DNA of 64,000 nt. Source: an uncultured Alphaproteobacteria bacterium (GTDB lineage Bacteria > Pseudomonadota > Alphaproteobacteria > JAJFIK01). The notes beneath the pieces were generated by a model. The model was given only the letters and a program-made list of their open reading frames with translations, did not search any database and was not told the origin of the DNA. Positions 40,584-49,755 of this stretch are shown here, piece by piece. A program made the position numbers and the translations under genes. The DNA lies in the NCBI GenBank assembly GCA_964561475.1, contig CAZLPU010000002.1, positions 20,707-84,706 of the forward strand. Direction: 5' to 3'. Every line of letters begins with the position of its first letter. Within the stretch, counting starts at the first letter, position 1.

Positions 40584-40700
40584 GCGAACCTTGGGGCATG
40601 GCGCCGCTCATAGCCGGCGGCCAGGATTGGCAATGGGAACACGATCATGACTTCTACTTGGAACACAGGTGCGTGGGCGACGGAAACGACACGGGCTTCA

Positions 40701-41468
40701 ATGAAATCTGCCGGTAAGACCGCGGCCCTCGCGGCCGGCGCGCTGGCCATGGGCCTGACGGCTTTTGCAGCCACGGGTAAAGCCCACCACGATCTGTCCG
40801 TATCCACGACCTGGGCCTTTGAGTCCGAGTACATTTTCCGGGGTGTTCAGTTCTCCGAAACGGCACTGCAGCCGGACCTGAATTTCACCTATGGCAATTT
40901 CAACCTGGGCGCCTGGGCGAGCGTCCCGGTGGGTGACGACGATGTGGCTTTCGGCGACGAAATCGACATCTACGGCAGCTATAGCTTCGGCCTGAGCGAG
41001 ACGTTCTCCAGTTCCGTCGGCTTCACCTATTACATCTTCCCGGACGCAGCGAGCGGCTTCTTCGATACGCTTGACGAAGAAGACGGCACCGGCGCCAACA
41101 CCTTCGAAATCAACGGCTCCATTGCCGCTGACGTGTTCCTGTCTCCCTCTGTCACCCTGTACTACGACTTCATGTTCGAGACGGTGACCCTCGAGGGCTC
41201 CATCGGGAATTCCTTCTCCCTTTATGATGCCCTGAGCCTGGATATCAGCGGTACCCTCGGCCATGTTTTCGATGACGACGAAGACAGCGACTACACCTAC
41301 TACATGAGCAACATCAATCTGTCCTACGGCTTCACCGAAGATGTCGCCGGTTATGTGGGTGTGCGTTACGGGCGGTCTTCCGAAGACTTCTACTTCGACG
41401 ATGTCATTGAAGGCACCTTCCAGAACAACTCCATCTGGTTCGGCTTCGGTCTGAGCGCCGGGTTCTGA
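40701..41468 (+). CDS. TorF/Gcw_chp family putative porin
   Basis: SEYIFRGVQFS, ALQP, GAWAS and EIDIYGSY motifs; signal peptide; C-terminal Phe. Alternative start at 40647. Confidence 0.83.
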   Translation: MKSAGKTAALAAGALAMGLTAFAATGKAHHDLSVSTTWAFESEYIFRGVQFSETALQPDLNFTYGNFNLGAWASVPVGDDDVAFGDEIDIYGSYSFGLSETFSSSVGFTYYIFPDAASGFFDTLDEEDGTGANTFEINGSIAADVFLSPSVTLYYDFMFETVTLEGSIGNSFSLYDALSLDISGTLGHVFDDDEDSDYTYYMSNINLSYGFTEDVAGYVGVRYGRSSEDFYFDDVIEGTFQNNSIWFGFGLSAGF

Positions 41469-41713
41469 TCAACCGGACCCAAGGGCATTGGCCGGTCTGC
41501 ATGACCGGCCGGCTCAGCCCTGTTGAGACGATCGAACCCTGATCAGCCGCTCCGGCATTGATCAGGGTGCCGATTATCCCGTCCTTCCGGCTCCGAACCC
41601 CTTGATGTCTTGCATGTCGGGAACCCCGTATTTTGGGAAACCTCGGGGTTCTATAGGCCCGGAGTCTGTCGGCGGCTTGGTTCTGCACTCCCAAAAATCA
41701 TGGAGACTTTTCA

Positions 41714-43123
41714 ATGGCGGACACACAATCCGTGCTCCAAATGATCAAGGACGCCGCGATCGAATATGTGGACCTGCGGTTCACCGATCCCCGGGGCAAG
41801 TGGCAGCACGTGACCTTCGACATTTCCATGGTCGATGCGGACTTCCTTGAGGAAGGCGCCATGTTCGACGGCTCCTCGATTGCGGGCTGGAAGGCCATCA
41901 ACGAGTCCGATATGAGCCTGAAGCCCGATCTTGCCTCGGCGGTGGTCGATCCCTTCATGGCCAACCCCACGCTGGTGCTTTTCTGTGATGTCCTCGATCC
42001 GATGACCGGCGAGCCCTACAATCGGGACCCCCGCTCCACGGCGAAGATGGCCGAAGCCTATCTGATGCAGACCGGTGTGGGTGACACGGCCTTTTTCGGT
42101 CCGGAAGCTGAGTTTTTCATTTTCGACGACGTGCGCTGGACCGTGGACCAGAACAGCACGGGCTTTGCCATCGATTCCGCGGAAGGCCCCTACAATACGG
42201 GCCGGGATTACATTGGTGGCAATATGGGCCACCGGCCCGGCCCCAAGGGCGGCTACTTCCCGGTCCCGCCCGTGGATTCCGGCCAGGATATCCGCTCGGC
42301 CATGCTCTCCCGGATGACCCAGATGGGCCTCCAGCCGGAAAAGCATCACCACGAAGTGGCCCCCTCCCAGCATGAACTGGGGATGCTCTTCTCGCCCCTC
42401 ACCCGCATGGGCGACAAGATGCAGATGTACAAATATGTTGTGCATCAGGTGGCCGCCGCCCACGGCAAGACCGCCACGTTCATGCCCAAGCCCGTGTTCG
42501 GCGACAACGGCTCGGGCATGCATGTCCACCAGTCGGTCTGGAAGGACGGCCAGCCCGTCTTTGCCGGTGCCGCCTATGCGGATCTGTCCGAAACCGCCCT
42601 GTTCTATATCGGCGGCATTCTGCGCCACGCCCGGGCCCTCAATGCCTTCACCAATCCGACCACGAACAGCTACAAGCGTCTCGTGCCCGGCTATGAGGCT
42701 CCGGTCCTGCTGGCCTATTCCGCCCGCAACCGCTCTGCATCCTGCCGGATCCCCTACTCTCCCTCGCCCAAGGGCAAGCGTATGGAGATCCGTTTCCCCG
42801 ACGCCACCGCCAATCCGTATCTGGCCTTCTCGGCCATGCTGATGGCGGGCCTGGACGGCATCGAGAACCGCATCCATCCGGGTGATCCTCTGGACAAGGA
42901 TCTTTACAATCTGCCGCCGGAAGAACTGTCCCAGGTGCCCCACATTTCCCGCTCCCTGCGCGAAGCCCTCGTCCATCTGGACCGGGACCGGGCCTTCCTG
43001 ACCAAGGGCGGCGTCTTCAACGACGATCAGATCGACGCCTATATCGAGCTGAAAATGGAAGAAGTGGTCCGCTTCGAAACCTGTCCGCACCCGGTGGAAT
43101 TCGACATGTACTACAGCGTCTGA
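41714..43123 (+). CDS. glnA: Glutamine synthetase type I
   Basis: [45 protein letters not shown] and the adenylylation loop KDLYNL. Confidence 0.98.
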   Translation: MADTQSVLQMIKDAAIEYVDLRFTDPRGKWQHVTFDISMVDADFLEEGAMFDGSSIAGWKAINESDMSLKPDLASAVVDPFMANPTLVLFCDVLDPMTGEPYNRDPRSTAKMAEAYLMQTGVGDTAFFGPEAEFFIFDDVRWTVDQNSTGFAIDSAEGPYNTGRDYIGGNMGHRPGPKGGYFPVPPVDSGQDIRSAMLSRMTQMGLQPEKHHHEVAPSQHELGMLFSPLTRMGDKMQMYKYVVHQVAAAHGKTATFMPKPVFGDNGSGMHVHQSVWKDGQPVFAGAAYADLSETALFYIGGILRHARALNAFTNPTTNSYKRLVPGYEAPVLLAYSARNRSASCRIPYSPSPKGKRMEIRFPDATANPYLAFSAMLMAGLDGIENRIHPGDPLDKDLYNLPPEELSQVPHISRSLREALVHLDRDRAFLTKGGVFNDDQIDAYIELKMEEVVRFETCPHPVEFDMYYSV

Positions 43124-43140
43124 GGGATCAGGACGCTGAC

Positions 43141-43170
43141 GGACGGGCGGGCCCTGGTGCTCGCCCGTCC
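43141..43170 (+). terminator. Stem-loop downstream of glnA
   Basis: GGACGGGCG...CGCCCGTCC inverted repeat, but no clear U-tract. Confidence 0.5.
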
Positions 43171-43334
43171 CCCTCCTCCCGTCTGTCCCCCCTCTCCTGC
43201 CTGCTCCCCTTGGCCCCTTTCCGTCCCCAGGTTTACTGTGGTAGCGGACCGCTGAACCGCCCGGCGATCATGGCGGCACCAGCACCCCTATCCTGAAAAT
43301 CTTGAGGCACATGATGCGCTCAGGGGGAGATCGT

Positions 43335-43724
43335 ATGATGGCGCACCATGATGACCGTCAGGGTGATGGCCCAGAGCCGCCCCGCTGCCCCCTCGATCCC
43401 CTGATCAGCATGATTTCCGGGGAATGGACCGTGCACCTGATCTGGACACTGAGCCGGAACGGGCCCACCCGGTTCGCCGACCTGCGCCGGCTTATGGACG
43501 GCATTTCCTCGAAGGTTCTGACCGAGCGTCTGCGCCTCCTGGAGGCCCGGGCGTTCGTCCACCGGGACGAGGAACCGACTGTTCCCCCAAAAGTGACCTA
43601 CAGCCTGACCCCCATGGGCCACCAACTCGACCGGGCCCTCAGGGATCTGGAAACCATTGCCGGAACCTGGACAGAACCTTCTTTTTCCAAGGAAACATCG
43701 GGCGGCCCGGCCCGTTCAGACTGA
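43335..43724 (+). CDS. HxlR family winged-helix regulator
   Basis: CPL...ISGEW, RFADLRR, ISSKVLTERLRLLE and PPKVTYSLT motifs. Confidence 0.9.
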   Translation: MMAHHDDRQGDGPEPPRCPLDPLISMISGEWTVHLIWTLSRNGPTRFADLRRLMDGISSKVLTERLRLLEARAFVHRDEEPTVPPKVTYSLTPMGHQLDRALRDLETIAGTWTEPSFSKETSGGPARSD

Positions 43725-43957
43725 GGCCTTTCCATCGGCGCGTGTAAATTGGCCGCGTCATACTGGTGGGCTGCAGGCGTTCCCTCCCCCAACCGATATC
43801 TGTACATTAGGGGTCGGGTAACAGATGGCAGCCTGGAGGTGCGCGCAATCCAAGCCGGTGGTCGGGCGGGGAAACGGACACCTGGAAAGAGGCGGCCTTG
43901 CAGGCACTTCGGTGTCCAGAACTATCGGTGTCCAGTAACTTCAGGGGAAGAATGGCC

Positions 43958-45388
43958 ATGACACACGGGTCCCACATCCGCGACCGGTCCATTTTGAGGA
44001 GATTTGCCCTTTTGGCGGCTTTGGCCGTCACGGCCCTGGCCCTCATGGGACCGGCGCAGAACGCACCCGTTCATGCCGCCCCTTTGAAAGACGACTTCAC
44101 GGACCTGGCCCAGCGCTACCTCCCTGCGGTGGTGAACATCACCGCGACCCGGTCCGGCGGCGGCTCCGGGGGCAGTGGCAATCCTTTCGGCACCTCCCAG
44201 CAGAGCCAGCAGCCCCGGCGGGCCCAGGGCTCCGGTTTCATCATCGACGCCAGCGGCGTGATCGTGACCAACAATCACGTCATCGCCGGTGCTGCCGAAG
44301 GCGGCAGCCTCACCGTCACCCTGAGCGACGGCACCGAACTGCCCGCAACGATCCGGGGCCGGGATCAGGCAACGGATATCGCCGTTCTCCAGGTCCAGGC
44401 CGGGCGGCCCTTACCCTTTGTCGGGTTCGGCAACTCCGACAGCGCCGAAATCGGAAGCTGGGTTCTGGCCATCGGCAACCCCTTCGGCTTTGGCGGCACG
44501 GTCACCCACGGCATCGTCTCCGCCCGCAACCGGAACATCCGCCAGGGCAGCGTCTATGACGACTTCATTCAGACCGACGCGGCCATCAACAGCGGCAATT
44601 CCGGCGGCCCTCTCTTCGACATGAACGGTGAAGTGATCGGCATCAACACGGCGATCATCTCTCCGAACGGTCTGAATATCGGACTGGCCTTCGCCATTCC
44701 GTCCTATGTGGCCCAGGCCATTGTCAGCCAGATCCTGCGCTTCGGCGAAGCGCGGCGGGGCTGGCTCGGCGTGCGCATCACCATGGTCACGCCCGAGATC
44801 GCCAACCAGATCGGCCTGAACAACACACGGGGTGCGGTGGTAACCAGTGTCACCGCCGGCAGCCCCGCCGCTACCGCCGGCATCCAGGTCAACGATGTGA
44901 TCCTGCGCTACAACAATCGCCCGATCCGGGGCCTTTACGACCTGCCGCGCCTGGTCACCACCACGGACGCGGGGGCCACCGTGCCCATCCGCATCTGGCG
45001 GGGCGGACAGGTCTCCAGCATCAACGTCACCATCGAACCTCTGCCCGGCAACCAGTCCCAAAGGCTGAGCATCGTGCGCCCGGAGCCGGAGCGGTTCGCC
45101 GCCCTCGGCGTGACCCTGTCGGAAATGTCCATCCCCATGCGCATCGAACAGGGCATCCACCGGTCGGTTGAAGGCCTGATGGTGGTGGATGTGGACCCGG
45201 GCAGCCCGGCTGCCGCCCGCCTGAAACCCGGTGACGTGATCACCAGTGTCTATGGCTGGCCCGTTGACTCCATGGCAGCCATGAAATCCCGGATTTCCGC
45301 TGCGGATGACTCGGACATGGGCGCGCTTTTGCTGAAGATTGACCGCAAGTCCGATACCCTGTTCGAAGCTCTGCCCGTCGACGAGTAA
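43958..45388 (+). CDS. Do/DegP/DegQ family periplasmic serine protease with two PDZ domains
   Basis: GSGFII, TNNHVI, DIAVL, QTDAAINSGNSGGPL and RGWLGV motifs. Confidence 0.95.
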   Translation: MTHGSHIRDRSILRRFALLAALAVTALALMGPAQNAPVHAAPLKDDFTDLAQRYLPAVVNITATRSGGGSGGSGNPFGTSQQSQQPRRAQGSGFIIDASGVIVTNNHVIAGAAEGGSLTVTLSDGTELPATIRGRDQATDIAVLQVQAGRPLPFVGFGNSDSAEIGSWVLAIGNPFGFGGTVTHGIVSARNRNIRQGSVYDDFIQTDAAINSGNSGGPLFDMNGEVIGINTAIISPNGLNIGLAFAIPSYVAQAIVSQILRFGEARRGWLGVRITMVTPEIANQIGLNNTRGAVVTSVTAGSPAATAGIQVNDVILRYNNRPIRGLYDLPRLVTTTDAGATVPIRIWRGGQVSSINVTIEPLPGNQSQRLSIVRPEPERFAALGVTLSEMSIPMRIEQGIHRSVEGLMVVDVDPGSPAAARLKPGDVITSVYGWPVDSMAAMKSRISAADDSDMGALLLKIDRKSDTLFEALPVDE

Positions 45389-45549
45389 GACACCCGCCTC
45401 CTCCGGTCCCGGCACGCCTGCCGGGACCGGCTTCCCGGTATGTGCGGTGTCCGGTTCGATGCGGGCCGGACACTCATCGCCGTTCGACCGGTCCGGTCCG
45501 AACGCGAGCACATACTCGCCCGAACCGGGCATATTGGGGAGCGCGCATC

Positions 45550-46797
45550 ATGCTTGAGGGGTTGAAGGTCGTTGAAATGGCGACCTATATCGCCGCGCCG
45601 TCCGCCGGAGCCATGCTGGCGGACTGGGGTGCGGAAGTGATCAAGATCGAAGCCACCGCCGGAGATCCGATTCGGGGCTTCTTTTCCTCGATCGGTGTCG
45701 ACCTGGAGGACAATCCGGTCTTTGAACTGGATAACCGGGGCAAAAAGGGCATCGCTCTTGATGTCTCCACCCCTGAAGGCGCTGAAATTGTCCGCCGTCT
45801 GCTGAGTGAGGCGGATGTCTTCCTCACCAATCTGCGGCCCGGATCCCTGGCCCGGGCCGGGCTGGACTGGGACAGCCTCCACGCCATCAATCCGCGCCTG
45901 GTCTATGCCAGCGTGACCGGCTACGGCCTTGAGGGAGATGAAGCGGACCGGCCCGGTTTCGATGTGGCGGCCTTCTGGTCCCGGGCGGGTGTGGGCAAAC
46001 TCTTTGCCGTACGGGGTGCGGAGCCCACCCCCATCCGCACGGCCTTCGGTGACCACGTGACCGGCCAGTCCACCGCCGCCGGCATCCTTGCCGCCCTGTT
46101 CGAGCGGGAGCGCACGGGCCGGGGCCGTCTGGTGGAAACCTCCCTTCTGCGCTCCGGCATCTACTCCCTGGGCTCGGACATGGCTATCCAACTGCGCTTC
46201 GGCCGGGTCGCCTCCACCCGCCCCCGCCATGAGGCCGTCCAGCCCAACAACAATTTCTTTCAGAGCTCGGACGGGTACTGGATCTGCCTGGTGCCCCGCC
46301 AGGGCACGGCGGACTGGAACGCCTTCCTCAAAGCCATCGACCGGGAAGATCTGGGCCAGGATGAACGGTTCTCCTCCACCCGCAAGCGCCGGGAGAACGG
46401 CGCGGCTCTTGTCGACATCATCGACGAGGTCTTTGCCCAGCGCACCCTGGAGGAATGGGGAGCCCGCCTGGACGAAGCGGATCTGGTCTGGGCCCCGGTC
46501 CAGACCCCGGCCCAGGTGGTGGCCGACCCCCAGGCCCATGCGGCGGGGGCCTTTGCAGCGATCCCCGGCATGAGCCTTCCCGATGGGGACGGCAATCCCC
46601 AGCCCTACATGACCCCGGCAACGCCCGTGCGCTTTCACGGCGCGGACGACGGACCCAAGGGCCCCTCACCAACACCCGGTCAGCACACAGAAGAAGTCCT
46701 GTCTCGCCTGGGCTACGATGCGAGCGCCATCGCCAGCCTCTCGGAAAGCGGCGTTGTCCGTCTCGCCGGACAGGAACCGCCGAAAAAACGCTCCTGA
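45550..46797 (+). CDS. CaiB/BaiF family III CoA transferase
   Basis: LADWGAEVIKIE, NRGKK, NPRLVYASVTGYG and PGQHTEEVL motifs. Confidence 0.93.
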   Translation: MLEGLKVVEMATYIAAPSAGAMLADWGAEVIKIEATAGDPIRGFFSSIGVDLEDNPVFELDNRGKKGIALDVSTPEGAEIVRRLLSEADVFLTNLRPGSLARAGLDWDSLHAINPRLVYASVTGYGLEGDEADRPGFDVAAFWSRAGVGKLFAVRGAEPTPIRTAFGDHVTGQSTAAGILAALFERERTGRGRLVETSLLRSGIYSLGSDMAIQLRFGRVASTRPRHEAVQPNNNFFQSSDGYWICLVPRQGTADWNAFLKAIDREDLGQDERFSSTRKRRENGAALVDIIDEVFAQRTLEEWGARLDEADLVWAPVQTPAQVVADPQAHAAGAFAAIPGMSLPDGDGNPQPYMTPATPVRFHGADDGPKGPSPTPGQHTEEVLSRLGYDASAIASLSESGVVRLAGQEPPKKRS

Positions 46798-46921
46798 CAA
46801 CATCATCAGCACCCGGCGCACCTGCGTCAGCGTCAGCGTCAGCGGGTGCCCGCGGGGAAAGGCCAGGAGGTCTGCCCCCGGCCTCAAACCGAGGACCCGA
46901 CGCCGGAGCAGCCTGGAGCCC

Positions 46922-47413
46922 TTACCCCCGCCCCCGGTAGGGCGCGACACCGGTTTCCGGCAGCCACACTCCCTCCGGCACCGGTCCGGTCTGGTAGAAC
47001 ACGTCGATGGGAATCCCGCCGCGGGGATACCAGTACCCGGCGATGCGCAGATAGACCGGTTCGAGAAAATCCTTGAGCCGTTTGCCGATGCCCACGGTGC
47101 AGGCCTCATGGAAGGCCGCGTGATTTCGGAATGAGCCCATATAGAGCTTCAGGCTCTTGCTCTCGACCAGATAGGCACCGGGCACATAATCGATCACGAT
47201 ATGGGCGAAATCCGGCTGACCCGTCACAGGACACAGACTGGTGAATTCGGGACAGACGAACCGGGTGACATACACCGTGTCCGGATGGGGATTGGGGACC
47301 CGGTCCAGAACAGCCTCCTCGGGGGATGCGGGCATGCGGCTTTCCCGGCCCAGATGAAGAGGCCCGTCGCCAGTTGGTCCGTTCCGGGGCGTCAAACCCT
47401 CTGTCTCGCTCAT
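46922..47413 (-). CDS. queF: NADPH-dependent 7-cyano-7-deazaguanine (preQ0) reductase
   Basis: [28 protein letters not shown] and PRGGIPI motifs. Confidence 0.96.
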   Translation of the reverse strand: MSETEGLTPRNGPTGDGPLHLGRESRMPASPEEAVLDRVPNPHPDTVYVTRFVCPEFTSLCPVTGQPDFAHIVIDYVPGAYLVESKSLKLYMGSFRNHAAFHEACTVGIGKRLKDFLEPVYLRIAGYWYPRGGIPIDVFYQTGPVPEGVWLPETGVAPYRGRG

Positions 47414-47741
47414 GGTGTTTGTCTCCTCATTGCCATCATTTCGCCCGATGGTGTGATTGATCAAACCGCGCCGTGACAAAGTAGTAATAACGGCCTTGGT
47501 GCACACTATGGCCTGAGGGCGCGGAGTGGGTTAGCGTGCCAGAGCAGATCAGGAAATCCGGTTTTGAGGTGGGGAAACAGACCGGTAGCGCGTGCGGATG
47601 TGGTCAGACCCTGAGGGTAGCCTCCCCAGCGCATGAAGACGTGATCTGAACGGAAAACCTGAGCCAGTATAATCCGAAGGCTTCAGGCCCGAGCGGAACG
47701 GCAGGAAGTGAAACGCCCGGTAGGAACATCGCGGGGGAAGC

Positions 47742-48527
47742 ATGGCGGGAACCATACACACCGACATCATCGGGTCCATCGGCTGGATCATCATTGATAA
47801 CCAGGAGCGCCACAACGCGCTCAATCTGGATATGTGGCGGATGATCCCCGATCGCCTCGATACCCTCGAAGCCCACGACGATGTGCGAGCGGTCGTGCTG
47901 GTGGGCGCCGGTGACCGGGCCTTTGCCGCCGGTGCGGATATCTCGGAGTTTGAATCCCTGCGCAGCACCCCGGAAGGGGCCATTGCCTATGAAAAGGCGA
48001 CGGAAACAGCTTTTGCCCGGATCCGGGGCTGCATGCACCCCACACTGGCCTCCATTCGGGGATACTGCATGGGCGGTGGCCTCGCGCTCGCCCTGGCCTG
48101 TGATCTGCGCTACGCCCGGGACGATGCCAAATTCGCCATCCCCGCCGCCAAGCTCGGTGTGGGCTATGGTTTCGAGATGACCCGGGATCTTGTGCTTGCC
48201 GTCGGTCCCGCCAATGCCCGGGAAATTCTTTACACGGCCAATACCTACGATGCCCAGGATGCCCTCCGGATGGGCCTGCTCAACCGGGTTTTCGCCCATG
48301 GCAAACTGAGCCCGGCCGTGCACGAATTATGCAACCGCATTGCCGCCAACGCCCCCCTGACCCAGCGCACCGCCAAACGGGCCGTGGCCGAGGCGGTTGC
48401 CCTGTCGGAACGGGCGCGGCTCGATCACGTCGAGACCCTGGTGGAGCATTGTTTCGGCAGTGACGATTATGTGGAAGGCCGGCGCGCGTTCATGGAAAAG
48501 CGTGCACCCCAGTTCAAAGGACAGTAA
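47742..48527 (+). CDS. Enoyl-CoA hydratase/isomerase family protein
   Basis: AFAAGADISEF, GYCMGGG, DLR and EGRRAFMEKRAPQFKG motifs. Confidence 0.93.
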   Translation: MAGTIHTDIIGSIGWIIIDNQERHNALNLDMWRMIPDRLDTLEAHDDVRAVVLVGAGDRAFAAGADISEFESLRSTPEGAIAYEKATETAFARIRGCMHPTLASIRGYCMGGGLALALACDLRYARDDAKFAIPAAKLGVGYGFEMTRDLVLAVGPANAREILYTANTYDAQDALRMGLLNRVFAHGKLSPAVHELCNRIAANAPLTQRTAKRAVAEAVALSERARLDHVETLVEHCFGSDDYVEGRRAFMEKRAPQFKGQ

Positions 48528-48629
48528 AAGGTTGAACAACCGGAAGCCTTTTTCCTGGCCATCGGCAACCAATCAGACCCGGTCCCCGGGATCGGACAAG
48601 CGAAAGTGAAGCGAGCGGGACACCCATCA

Positions 48630-49610
48630 ATGCGTATCTTGACCATGCCTGCTTCTTGCGTGCGCGCCGCCGCAAGTGCCGTGACCCTGGCCGCGGTGTG
48701 TTTTACCATGCTGAGCATTCCGTCCGCCGTTGAGGCGATGGCCCGGGACTGGCTGTCGATCCCCACGAGCGAACGCTCCATCATGGTCAAGCAGATGATG
48801 CAGCCGCGCCTTGAGGAAGCCCTGGCCGAGGAAGGGCTGCGGCTCGGGGCACCGATTTTCATCCGCATCTATAAGATGCCCCGTCAGCTTGAGCTTTGGG
48901 TCGAGGGGGAAGACGGGCGTTACGACCTGTTCCGGACCTTCAGCATCTGCGCCTATTCCGGCGGGCTCGGCCCGAAGCATTATGAGGGCGACCTTCAGTC
49001 TCCGGAGGGGTTCTACAGTGTGCGCGCCGAGAACCTCAATCCCAACAGCCGCTTTCACCTCTCCTTCGACATCGGCTTTCCCAATGCTTATGACCGGGCC
49101 CATGGCCGGACCGGTGCCCATCTGATGGTGCACGGTGATTGCATCTCCGAGGGCTGTTATGCCATGACCGACGGGCGCATCGAGGAAATCTATACCCTCG
49201 CCGCCGCGGCCCTCGATGAGGGGCAGACGGAAATTCCGGTCCACATCTTCCCATTCCGGATGAGCACGGCGGCGGTCAATGCCTCGCGCCGGATGGAATA
49301 CCACGATTTCTGGCGCAATCTTCTGGAAGGTCATGCCCTGTTTGAAAAGACCAGGGTGCCTCCGATGGTCTATGTGTCCCGGGACCAGTACATTTTCGCA
49401 CCCCGCAAGCCGGGCTGGCGCGATGTGGAAACGCCGTCCCGCCGCGACGCACCTGATCGCTTGCCCCTCGCGGCACCGGCTGTCATGGCTCAGATGAACC
49501 AGGGCACGCCGGAGGCCGCCGAGCCGGAAACGGACGAGAACGGAGAGACGGACGGAGAAGACGGCGTGCCTTGCGGCTGGCCCAAATGCAGCCTTCCCAG
49601 CGTCCAGTAA
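48630..49610 (+). CDS. YafK/DpaA-like L,D-transpeptidase (YkuD) family protein
   Basis: IFIRIYK, GPKHYEGDLQSPEGFY and MVHGDCISEGCYAM (catalytic H...C). Start uncertain (48606-48646). Confidence 0.9.
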   Translation: MRILTMPASCVRAAASAVTLAAVCFTMLSIPSAVEAMARDWLSIPTSERSIMVKQMMQPRLEEALAEEGLRLGAPIFIRIYKMPRQLELWVEGEDGRYDLFRTFSICAYSGGLGPKHYEGDLQSPEGFYSVRAENLNPNSRFHLSFDIGFPNAYDRAHGRTGAHLMVHGDCISEGCYAMTDGRIEEIYTLAAAALDEGQTEIPVHIFPFRMSTAAVNASRRMEYHDFWRNLLEGHALFEKTRVPPMVYVSRDQYIFAPRKPGWRDVETPSRRDAPDRLPLAAPAVMAQMNQGTPEAAEPETDENGETDGEDGVPCGWPKCSLPSVQ

Positions 49611-49672
49611 TGGGGGTCCAGTAGCGGGGGTCCACTAACGGGGTCCAATGACGAGCCGCCAGTAACGGGCGT
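49604..49672. repeat. Degenerate 13-14-bp tandem repeat x5 starting at the gene stop
   Basis: ccagtaatgggggt ccagtagcgggggt ccactaacggggt ccaatgacgagccg ccagtaacgggcgt. Confidence 0.75.
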
Positions 49673-49755
49673 TCAAGACCAAGCGGGAGTAAGGCGCGCG
49701 CCCTTCATCCCCGCTCTCTCTTCAACACACGGATCATCCACCAGACCAACGATGA

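Noticed and set aside
43170-43230. C-rich tract after glnA (G-rich on the minus strand, possible G-quadruplex)
   Set aside because: Irregular runs in a high-GC genome; could equally be a Rho-loading region. No support for a specific function.
46824-46841. (GCGTCA)x3 microsatellite
   Set aside because: Too short and located between convergent genes, so a phase-variation role is unlikely.
47680-47706. TCAGGCCCGAGCGGAACGGCAG, resembling SRP RNA domain IV; also considered a preQ1 riboswitch near queF
   Set aside because: It lacks the GNRA loop, the exact GGAAGCAG and a long enclosing stem. No preQ1 aptamer consensus was seen.
49604-49672. Possible mini-CRISPR (also 26032-26076)
   Set aside because: Units are 12-14 bp, directly adjacent, with no spacers and no cas genes.
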